Assembly: GCA_964412585.1 (NCBI GenBank)
Contig: CAYPPJ010000001.1
Span: 84,151 to 148,150, forward strand
Length of the DNA: 64,000 nucleotides
Direction: 5' to 3'
Source of the DNA: an uncultured Candidatus Saccharibacteria bacterium
Lineage (GTDB): Bacteria > Patescibacteriota > Minisyncoccia > Phycocordibacterales > PALSA-1337
Positions 10,001 to 16,601 of this stretch are shown piece by piece (within the stretch, counting starts at the first letter, position 1; each line of letters starts with the position of its first letter). The translations under genes and the position numbers were made by a program. A model generated the notes under the pieces. The model was not told the DNA's origin. It did no database searches and saw only the letters and a program-made list of their open reading frames with translations.

Positions 10001-11089
10001 ATGGTTGGCCTGCTCTTCAGCGGTAATCTCATTTCGATCACCATTTTGTAATTCGAAATAGAGCGCATCAAAATGTGCATAACGATTTACATTTTTTGGC
10101 ACATGGAAAAACTTGGCATCAACTTTTCCGAGAGCACGAATAAACGCAGGATTTTTATATCCGGTCTCTTCGACAATCTCTGCAATCGCTGCTTCTTCGG
10201 GAGTCTGCTTCCCTTCGACCCCACCTGTGATAAGCGTCTGCCAATCTACCTTCTTCCATTTGAGACCAATATATTTATCCTCTGACCAATGCTTCACAAT
10301 CGCGACAATAGCTTTGCGCTCAACAAAAGGAAGCTCGTGTCTGACTGCACCAGGCTCTGTCGTCTGCGTAAAACAAGGCACATCATCAGTACCTTCGAGA
10401 ATGTCTCCTTTTGGCGTTACCCGTGCATTCAGACTATTCAATAGTCGATCAGCATATTTCGTAATAGCCAGCATCCATTGCTCTTTCTCTCGCTTTTCGA
10501 CTGGCGTACCGCAACGTTCACATTTTCCATCGATAACCTCTTCGTTGGCGAGACCGATCAGGTCTTTTGGACACCAATTGATGGTCATCTTCTTTTTGTA
10601 CGCCAGTCCTTTTTTGAAAAATTGAAGGAAAATCCACTGCGTCCACTTGTAATAAGCAGGATCTGTGGTGTTTATCTCCCTCGACCAATCAAATGAAATA
10701 CCGATAGACTGAATTTGCTTTCGAAATGTATCGGAGTTTTTCTTTGTTACAACACGTGGGTCCTGACCAGTCTTAATAGCATAGTTCTCTGTAGGCAATC
10801 CGAAGGCATCCCATCCAATCGGATACAAGACATTGTAACCCTGCGCGCGACGTTTGCGAGCAATAACATCCATAGCAATATATGGACGCGGATGTCCCAC
10901 ATGCAACCCGTCCCCAGATGGATACGGAAATTCAATGAGACCGTAGAATTTTTTCTTCGTTGAATCTTCTTTTACTTGATAGAGTTTCTTTTTCTCCCAA
11001 TATTTTTGCCACTTCGGCTCAATCTTTGTGTGGTCGTATGCACCGATGGTAGAAGCCATTTTTGTCGCTTTTGCTGAAGCTTTTATCAT
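7031..11089 (-). CDS. leuS: Leucyl-tRNA synthetase carrying three large insertions (two NUDIX-like, one Ham1/ITPase-like)
   Basis: HIGH motif HVGH, editing-domain signature TTRPDTLFG, KMSKS motif VKMSKS and the RDWIFSRQRYWGEPIP stretch are all present. The protein is 1352 aa, against a typical length near 860. Alternative start at 11059 (MASTIG...). Confidence 0.9.
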   Translation of the reverse strand: MIKASAKATKMASTIGAYDHTKIEPKWQKYWEKKKLYQVKEDSTKKKFYGLIEFPYPSGDGLHVGHPRPYIAMDVIARKRRAQGYNVLYPIGWDAFGLPTENYAIKTGQDPRVVTKKNSDTFRKQIQSIGISFDWSREINTTDPAYYKWTQWIFLQFFKKGLAYKKKMTINWCPKDLIGLANEEVIDGKCERCGTPVEKREKEQWMLAITKYADRLLNSLNARVTPKGDILEGTDDVPCFTQTTEPGAVRHELPFVERKAIVAIVKHWSEDKYIGLKWKKVDWQTLITGGVEGKQTPEEAAIAEIVEETGYKNPAFIRALGKVDAKFFHVPKNVNRYAHFDALYFELQNGDRNEITAEEQANHEVVWLSKEEMTAFVSPDSQRYVWAKFLNPAITAESFGKPLLDWKDAIKEQQRNWIGKSEGAELEFSIKSDVQKRRVLIGTRNEAKIMMVKTCLKDVSQLELISLNDLPPLDDSDLVEGNDHLANARLKSEYYFKKTGIPTISTDHVFWVEKWPTDGGVIHHIRKLANPKSGRATDEEVIEYTLKFLKGVGGASKAKFIYGLAFTDEKGTISAEQSPYEYYLQTERSEKSQPGYPMESLLKYVETGQFKVEQDESLRYKKTEELLKDTFVPRMVGSRRIKVFTTRPDTLFGVTYVVLAPEHTLVKELLSVVENKSEVELYIAKVKKESEMERTDATKEKTGVELKGVKAINPAKKEEVPVWIADYVLADYGKGAVMAVPAHDERDGMFAKKYGLPVREVVAPLINVTQGDFASRPGVKTVARECILAIVKHWEKDEFLCLKAPKHGWTTFVIGGIDPGEDPVEAAKREIIEETGFTDFVLVKKLGGHVYAKHFAPHKNENRSAMLDGYYFELKSGAQQPVAEHESNHQQISWVARKDIPTALYPKITDWAFWQRFVSPDASFVGDGILENSGSFSGKESSLVKKEITESVGGKWITTFKLRDWIFSRQRYWGEPIPVVNCQKCGLVPVPEKDLPIKLPSVKNYKPTETGESPLAAITAWVNTKCPQCKGPAQRETDTMPNWAGSSWYYLRYVDPKNKKVFADKKNLDYWTPVDWYNGGMEHTTLHLLYSRFWHKFLFDLGLVPTDEPYTKRTSHGLILAEGGVKMSKSKGNVINPDSIVATVGADSLRLYEMFMGPFDQPIAWDTNNIAGVRRFIERVWKLREKVVAQTDEKVGDVILVNKIIHKAIKKVSDDIEAMRFNTAISTLMITVNELEKVQVIDCEQYGVLLQLLAPFAPHVTEELWASLGNKKSINCAPWPVYDATLAADDEVTIIVQINGKMRGSFTVPTDSSQEELENRAKAIPEALKWIEGKEVKKIIVVPNKLVNIVVV

Positions 11090-11117
11090 AGGTCAAATAA
11101 TAGCTCAAAAAACCTTT

Positions 11118-11154
11118 ATTTACAAAAAATCGCCACCTGCCTTACGGCAGATGG
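11118..11154 (-). terminator. Candidate intrinsic terminator on the minus strand
   Basis: CCATCTGCC-gtaa-GGCAGGTGG, read on the minus strand, is followed by GATTTTTTGTAAAT. It lies downstream of the small-peptide pair and upstream of leuS. Confidence 0.45.
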
Positions 11155-11394
11155 CAACTGACATCTGATGAAACTACGGTGCACTGGGAGGCAGATCATT
11201 TGACTGCTTGAACGCTCGTCGCACTGACGCGAGAAAACTCTCGGCGGTACGCGGCGTACTTCCAGGTGCCATGTCACTGCGAGTGGCGTGGGACTGGAAC
11301 GACAGGAACCGCGTAAAACTCATGGGTTGTGAGGAGAAGCCGGAGCGGCTCTGCCCCATTTTTTTTCGCGTAATAGGTGTAAAGATCATATTTG

Positions 11395-11559
11395 TTAATG
11401 GGTGTAGTAGGCGTACCAGTAGTAGCAGAGCCCAGTGGCCAACACTGCACAAACAATCACTACACCTAGAACCCAGCGTCCTTGGCGAGCAAACGTGTTG
11501 TTTTCATCGAGTGTTGATGGCGCTCGATCCCAAAAAGGGTGAAGGGGTATCTTGTTCAT
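11395..11559 (-). CDS. Small predicted membrane peptide (54 aa), second gene of a two-peptide module
   Basis: MNKIPLHPFWDRAPSTLDENNTFARQGRWVLGVVIVCAVLATGLCYYWYAYYTH. It has one TM helix. Its ATG sits 1 nt after the stop of the upstream peptide. Local GC is above the window average. It is below the 60-aa cutoff of the supplied ORF track. Confidence 0.35.
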   Translation of the reverse strand: MNKIPLHPFWDRAPSTLDENNTFARQGRWVLGVVIVCAVLATGLCYYWYAYYTH

Positions 11560-11560
11560 A

Positions 11561-11707
11561 TCACGCCTTCCGGCACGACGAGGTGACTTGATTATCCGGC
11601 AGCAAGAATGCGAACATCACAACTGCTGTTAAACAGACAGCGAGCAGTACGCATCCGAGCGCGACTTTCACTCCAATCAATGATAGTACTCCGACACTAC
11701 TTGTCAT
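11561..11707 (-). CDS. Small predicted membrane peptide (48 aa) with a strong Shine-Dalgarno
   Basis: MTSSVGVLSLIGVKVALGCVLLAVCLTAVVMFAFLLPDNQVTSSCRKA. GGAGGA lies 4 nt upstream of the ATG. A terminator lies about 240 nt downstream on the same strand. Confidence 0.35.
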   Translation of the reverse strand: MTSSVGVLSLIGVKVALGCVLLAVCLTAVVMFAFLLPDNQVTSSCRKA

Positions 11708-11818
11708 GAATCCTCCAGGGTTTGACTGAGTTTAATGTTGAAAAACCAATGGAATACACGCCCTACGACAACGTACATTCCGCCGAGATTTATAGCATAT
11801 TTAGGTTGTACTGGGAAG

Positions 11819-12916
11819 TTAGATTTTAAACTCCATCACATCCCCATCTTTGACAATATATTCCTTCCCTTCAGTCCTCAAAAGTCCCTTTTCGCGAGCG
11901 GCACCAAATGAGCCCGACTCGATCAGTTTGTCCCACTCGATAACTTCTGCACGAATAAATTTATCCTTGAAATCACCATGAATAGCTGTACCTGCTTCTG
12001 GTGCAGTCCAGCCACGATGAATAGTCCAAGCACGAGTTTCTTTTTCTCCGGTCGTAAAATAAGTAATCAGATTGAGCAATTCGTACCCTTTTTTGATGAG
12101 GTCATCAATACCATCCTCCTTGGCACCGAGTCCTTCGCGAAGCTCCTGTTTCTCTTTGTCATCAATATCTTTGAGCTCGTGTTCAATGCCCGCGTCCACA
12201 ATGACCCACTTTGCACCGTTCTCTTTGAAGAATGCAATGAGTTTCTGATAACGTTCATCATTCAGTTCATCAAGATTTTTGCCGCCTGATTTTTTATTCA
12301 ACACATACATGAATGGCTTTGAGGTAAGCAGGTGGAGCGACTTTACGAAAGGAGCTTCAAATTCATCAGGAACGACTGTTGATGCTAACTTCCCTGCCTT
12401 GAGTGCGACCAAAATCTTTTCAACGAGGCCATTTTCGAGGATAGCTTCCTTTTTGCCCGACTTTACTTCTTTGGCCAAACTTCCGTGACGCTTGGTGACT
12501 GTCTGGAGATCAGCAAGAATAAGTTCGAGGTTGATAACTTCAATATCTTTGAGAGGATTGATCTTTCCATCAACGTGAATAATGTTGTCATCTTCAAAAA
12601 TGCGAACGACTTCTGCGATAGCGTCCGTTTCACGAATGTTTGTGAGAAATTGGTTGCCGAGTCCCTCACCATCTGAAGCACCTTTCACCAGGCCGGCAAT
12701 ATCCACGAACTCAACCACCGCAGGAACTGTCTTTTGAGTTTTAGAAAATTCAGAGAGTTTCCAGAGACGTTCGTCAGGCACCGCAACAACGCCGACAGAC
12801 GGGTCAATGGTCGCAAAGGGATAGTTTGCAACAAGAACGCTCTTTCGAGTCAGAGCGTTGAAAAGTGTTGATTTGCCGACGTTTGGGAGGCCGACGATGC
12901 CGATGGAGAGAGACAT
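11819..12916 (-). CDS. ychF: Ribosome-binding ATPase YchF (Obg-family GTPase/ATPase)
   Basis: G1 motif GLPNVGKST follows the N-terminus [25 protein letters not shown]-terminal TGS-like domain is present. Confidence 0.9.
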   Translation of the reverse strand: MSLSIGIVGLPNVGKSTLFNALTRKSVLVANYPFATIDPSVGVVAVPDERLWKLSEFSKTQKTVPAVVEFVDIAGLVKGASDGEGLGNQFLTNIRETDAIAEVVRIFEDDNIIHVDGKINPLKDIEVINLELILADLQTVTKRHGSLAKEVKSGKKEAILENGLVEKILVALKAGKLASTVVPDEFEAPFVKSLHLLTSKPFMYVLNKKSGGKNLDELNDERYQKLIAFFKENGAKWVIVDAGIEHELKDIDDKEKQELREGLGAKEDGIDDLIKKGYELLNLITYFTTGEKETRAWTIHRGWTAPEAGTAIHGDFKDKFIRAEVIEWDKLIESGSFGAAREKGLLRTEGKEYIVKDGDVMEFKI

Positions 12917-13051
12917 GGGTAGAAATATAGCCTATTTATTGAATTTTAGGAAATTCTAATAAGCCCATACGCCCAAGGTTGACAGAAGTTATTTCTAATG
13001 TTAAATATTACTTAATGAAAGGATTGGTTCCTTGCCAATAATTGTTGACGT

Positions 13052-13459
13052 ATGAGCCCTCAAACAAAAGCGATCCTTGCCGGTTTTTTCTTTGGACTGT
13101 ATCCACTGATACTCAAGCACAGCAAGCTCAGTGGTAACATGACCTCTCTCCTGTTCACCTTCGCTGTCTTTACGGTCATTGTCCCTTTCGCATGGAAGGA
13201 ACTGACCACGATCCAGCAGACATTCTGGCCTGCCATCATCGGCGCAGGGATAGCAAGTGGTTTTGGCATGCTCTGCATGACGAGCATGCTGGCACAAACA
13301 CCACAGGAACGAATTGGCATGCTCATCCTGGCCATGATCGTGACACAGAGCGTCGTCACGGTGATATTCCAAATCGTGATTGATAAGGGAATCACTTTAA
13401 CCAAAGTTATTGGTTTTGTGTGTGCCGGCGTTGCGATCGTTCTGCTCAACAAGAAATGA
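13052..13459 (+). CDS. Small multi-TM membrane protein (EamA/SMR-like, 4 TM)
   Basis: 135-aa hydrophobic ORF with four predicted helices. I prefer it to the overlapping minus-strand ORFs because its hydropathy is coherent and a terminator follows it. Confidence 0.5.
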   Translation: MSPQTKAILAGFFFGLYPLILKHSKLSGNMTSLLFTFAVFTVIVPFAWKELTTIQQTFWPAIIGAGIASGFGMLCMTSMLAQTPQERIGMLILAMIVTQSVVTVIFQIVIDKGITLTKVIGFVCAGVAIVLLNKK

Positions 13460-13529
13460 TTTCGTTATTTGGCTCCCACGAAAGACCACGCGCGGTATTC
13501 AGTTACTCGGTGGCCACATAGTGGACGCC

Positions 13530-13587
13530 CCCATCAGTGAGAACAGCGTACTCCGTTACGCACTCTCGCTGGTGGGATTTTTTATAT
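13530..13587 (+). terminator. Candidate intrinsic terminator
   Basis: A 12-bp stem (CCCATCAGTGAG / CTCGCTGGTGGG, with two G-U pairs) and a 23-nt loop are followed by ATTTTTTATAT. Confidence 0.45.
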
Positions 13588-13630
13588 AAATTTGACAAAA
13601 ACTTATTTTCAATTTCCTTTTTTAAAGTTC

Positions 13631-13658
13631 TTGACGTTTTTAAAAAAAAGAGTAATCT
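13631..13658 (+). promoter_or_regulatory. Sigma-70-type promoter candidate (TTGACG, 16-nt spacer, TAATCT)
   Basis: A near-consensus -35 and a TAnnnT -10 are separated by a 16-nt AT-rich spacer. No protein-coding gene lies downstream on this strand. Confidence 0.45.
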
Positions 13659-13664
13659 CTTGGA

Positions 13665-14184
13665 CAGGTCCGTTCTTTTGAACAACCTTTGGTCCTGTAG
13701 GATTAACGATCCTAGAACCATTGAAGCTCGAAGAGACGCTCGATGATCCGGCCGAAAGGTTGGAGGAGCTGACAGCGGAGCCATTCATAAAGTGACCGTG
13801 GGTTGGTAGTTTTTCAATCCATACTTCACTCGGAGAACCACTCCCTTACACCATGTATACCTGACATGGCGGCTCGCAAGAGCCCTAGAGTCAGACTTCC
13901 ATACACGAAGTAAGCTAAAACAACCAGAAGGTCCTGCAAGGGCTGGAGGTTGAGCGGGAACGATCCGCTATGAGTTACGCATCCAATTGCGTAACAGGAA
14001 CAAACAAGTCCCCGATGAGCTCACAGACATCTTGGAGAGGACCTGGAAAACCTCACTCGATGATGCTCATATCGTAGCAATACGATGACTCTGGAATGGA
14101 ACTGGTCTATCGCATGACTGGTTCGGTACCGGAAACTCTTCACTTTCCCTGGCGTTGCTCTCGAAGCGACGCCTGTTTTTATTT
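13665..14184 (+). ncRNA. Candidate structured non-coding RNA of about 520 nt; identity unresolved
   Basis: No ORF of 60 aa or more occurs on either strand across 13.79-14.15 kb. Perfect hairpins with GNRA loops occur at GGCTC-GCAA-GAGCC (13871-13884) and ATCGTA-GCAA-TACGAT (14071-14086), plus an 8-bp GTTACGCA/TGCGTAAC hairpin (13974-13995). The locus is bounded by an upstream promoter and a downstream terminator. I could not find RNase P, tmRNA or SRP signature motifs. Confidence 0.35.
14151..14184 (+). terminator. Rho-independent terminator
   Basis: GGCGTTGC-tctcgaa-GCGACGCC is followed by TGTTTTTATTT. It overlaps the 3' end of the convergent minus-strand small ORF. Confidence 0.6.
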
Positions 14185-14412
14185 ACCCAAACTTCCCATC
14201 ACCCGTTTCATATCTTCTCCACCTTCCTGCATCACCGCCTTTGCAGCATCCTCCTGACTCATACCAAGCTTCATCTTGGCTTGAATAGACTCTGCCATCT
14301 GTTTGAAGAAATCTGGATTCTTTTCAATCATCTCAAAAATCTTGTTGAGTTCTCCTTCTGGAACCCCTTTCATTTGTCTCTTGATTAAGGCTTTAGTGAA
14401 AAAATTAAGCAT
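14179..14412 (-). CDS. Small charged alpha-helical hypothetical protein (77 aa), last gene of the mrdA-greA-lysS transcription unit
   Basis: Intact ORF MLNFFTKALIKRQMKGVPEGELNKIFEMIEKNPDFFKQMAESIQAKMKLG.... Its composition looks protein-like. The antisense ORF in the same region is low-complexity. Confidence 0.4.
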   Translation of the reverse strand: MLNFFTKALIKRQMKGVPEGELNKIFEMIEKNPDFFKQMAESIQAKMKLGMSQEDAAKAVMQEGGEDMKRVMGSLGK

Positions 14413-14550
14413 GTGAATTGCGTCTATATTCTTCTAATATGGCGAATGGTACAATTAATCTGAGTCGCAGAACCTATACTCCGTCGGTCAAAAGCGAATC
14501 GGGTGATTCGTTGTCGGTACGAGGATGGCAACAACCATCCCCACTTCTTA

Positions 14551-16002
14551 TTATCGAGGCTTCATCAATGGAAACATCTGTGTCTCACGGAGTGGCTTAT
14601 CGATCAAGAATGCAAACAATCTCTCACCAAATCCAAACCCACATGTTGGTGGCATACCATGTTCGAGCATCTCCACGAACTCATGGTCGGGCATCATGGC
14701 TTCGGTATCGCCCTTGTCGATAAGTTTCTGCTGTTCAGCGAAACGGTTTGCCTGATCGATAGGATCATTGAGCTCAGAATAGCCTCGGCCGAGCTCGCTG
14801 CCAGCGATAATGGGCTGGAACATTTGGACGACAGGTTTTCCTACAACACTCTTGGCCAACGGCGCAACAAGAACAGGGTGATTGATGAGAAATGCAGGAC
14901 CAGTGATGTTTTTACGGCAATATTTCCACAAGGTATCAGTCAAACGTTCCCGATTGGTACCGTCATATTTAACCTTGAGACCGTTGAGCTTATTCATCAT
15001 ATCCTTTTCTGATGCTGAAGTGATATCTATGCCCGTTTGTTTCTTTATCTCTTCTGCATAATCAATCTTCACCCATTCATCCGCAAGATCAAAGGTGTGT
15101 CCACGAGTCGTGAACTTTGTGGTGCCAAAAACTTCGGAAGCAATCTTTCGATACATCTCCTGAACAAGCTTCATGCCATCATTGTAGTCAGCATATGACC
15201 AATAGAACTCCATATTGGTGAACTCTTGCGCATGTTCAGGACTGGTGCCTTCATTGCGATAGACACGACCAATCTCAAAGGTCTTTGGAAAACCTCCGGC
15301 CATCAACCTCTTTTGCCACAATTCCCCTACCGAAATACGCAAATAGACATCGAGGTCATAGTCATTATGGTGAGTTTTGAATGGAGTCGCTTCGGCACCA
15401 CCTGTAGTCGTCTCCAGCGTTGGTGTTTCGACTTCCAAAAATCCATTGTCATTCATAAATTGCCTCGTAACGTTCCAAAACTTTGCTTTTTTGAGAAAAA
15501 CATCACGAAGCTCTGGTGTCATAATGAAATCCAAATATCTCTTTCGGAATTTTTCATCAGGATCTGTGATACCATGCCATTTTTCCGGCAATGGTAGCAA
15601 TGACTTTGAAGCCATGGTCCATGATGTCACCAAAATACTCTGTTCACCTCTTTGGGTCGTGAAGCATGTACCTGAGACACTGATAATGTCACCAATATCA
15701 ACGGCGTTCGTGAATAATTCAAATAAATCGGGCTTCAAAATATCCTTCTTTATAACTGCTTGAAAAGTAGCCTTGCCATCATCAAGTACAACAAATGAAA
15801 TGGCGCCCGCACCGCGAATAGCCATAATACGGCCAGCAAGATTAATTACCTTTTGAGACTTTTCGTATTCAGCAAAATGGGCCTTGGCATCCTTGAGACA
15901 GTGGTCGCGAGGGACTTTTGCTGGATATGCTTCCATGCTGGCCTTTTTGAGAAGGTCGATCTTGGCGAGCCTGGTTGCGCGAAGTTCGTCAATTGAAGCC
16001 AT
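14551..16002 (-). CDS. lysS: Lysyl-tRNA synthetase, class II
   Basis: An N-terminal OB anticodon-binding domain is followed by a class II core (motifs 1-3, e.g. FRNEG-like YRNEGTS and GGFGFGERL). Confidence 0.9.
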   Translation of the reverse strand: MASIDELRATRLAKIDLLKKASMEAYPAKVPRDHCLKDAKAHFAEYEKSQKVINLAGRIMAIRGAGAISFVVLDDGKATFQAVIKKDILKPDLFELFTNAVDIGDIISVSGTCFTTQRGEQSILVTSWTMASKSLLPLPEKWHGITDPDEKFRKRYLDFIMTPELRDVFLKKAKFWNVTRQFMNDNGFLEVETPTLETTTGGAEATPFKTHHNDYDLDVYLRISVGELWQKRLMAGGFPKTFEIGRVYRNEGTSPEHAQEFTNMEFYWSYADYNDGMKLVQEMYRKIASEVFGTTKFTTRGHTFDLADEWVKIDYAEEIKKQTGIDITSASEKDMMNKLNGLKVKYDGTNRERLTDTLWKYCRKNITGPAFLINHPVLVAPLAKSVVGKPVVQMFQPIIAGSELGRGYSELNDPIDQANRFAEQQKLIDKGDTEAMMPDHEFVEMLEHGMPPTCGFGFGERLFAFLIDKPLRETQMFPLMKPR

Positions 16003-16007
16003 GAAAG

Positions 16008-16475
16008 TTATTTTAGAGCGGCAATAGTATAGGTCACGCTTCCCTTTGGAGCGTTGACTGTGATTTTCTCACCTTCTTTATGACCGAGTAGCGCAGCTCC
16101 GAGGGGCGACATATTGGAAACCTTGCCCTGAGTCATATCGGCCTCTTCAGAACCAACGATCGTGTAGAGGTACGACTTATTTTCACCATCCTTTGTAAGA
16201 CGTACGGTAGATCCGACAGTGATGATTTCACCGCCAGCGGCACTCATAATAGTCGCATTCTTGAGAAGGTTCTCGAGACGTCCAATACGGTCCTCAACCT
16301 CAGCCTGCGTCTCTCGTGCCTGGTGGTACTCAGCATTCTCAGAAAGATCGCCGAGTTTCTTGGCATATTCGAGTTGGTCTGCCACCTCTTTGCGTCGTTG
16401 TGTCTTCAAGAAATCAAGTTCCTTTTTTAGTTCCGCAAATTTTTCGTTGGTGAGATATTGGGTTTCGGTGGCCAT
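16008..16475 (-). CDS. greA: Transcription elongation factor GreA
   Basis: 155 aa. An N-terminal coiled-coil with acidic tip residues is followed by a C-terminal FKBP-like domain (GKVSNMSPLGAALLGHKEGE). Confidence 0.9.
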   Translation of the reverse strand: MATETQYLTNEKFAELKKELDFLKTQRRKEVADQLEYAKKLGDLSENAEYHQARETQAEVEDRIGRLENLLKNATIMSAAGGEIITVGSTVRLTKDGENKSYLYTIVGSEEADMTQGKVSNMSPLGAALLGHKEGEKITVNAPKGSVTYTIAALK

Positions 16476-16601
16476 AAAAAATAAAAAGCACTTAGGTTAG
16501 TAAGCAATTAGTCCCATTCTAGCACATTGACCCCACAATTCAACCCACGGGCCATGCGAGCGGAGCCGTGCCCGGATGGGTACAACCCGCGAATACACAG
16601 T

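Noticed and set aside
10113-10625. A 170-aa plus-strand ORF and several other ORFs of 60-130 aa, all antisense inside leuS
   Set aside because: They overlap the well-supported leuS reading frame completely and are low-complexity (Ser/Pro/Cys-rich). They are the usual antisense artefacts.
13001-13452. Minus-strand ORFs 13001..13372 and 13060..13452 overlapping the small membrane-protein gene
   Set aside because: The plus-strand frame gives a coherent four-TM hydropathy pattern and is followed by a terminator. The minus frames are His/Cys/Arg-rich and look spurious.
13665-14184. Assigning the 520-nt ORF-free locus to RNase P RNA or tmRNA
   Set aside because: I searched both strands. I did not find the universally conserved P4 or CR-II sequences of bacterial RNase P, or the tmRNA 5' GGGG...UUCGAC and 3' ...CCA tRNA-like ends. 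No tag-peptide reading frame ending in AA-stop was evident. I therefore left the class unassigned rather than naming it.
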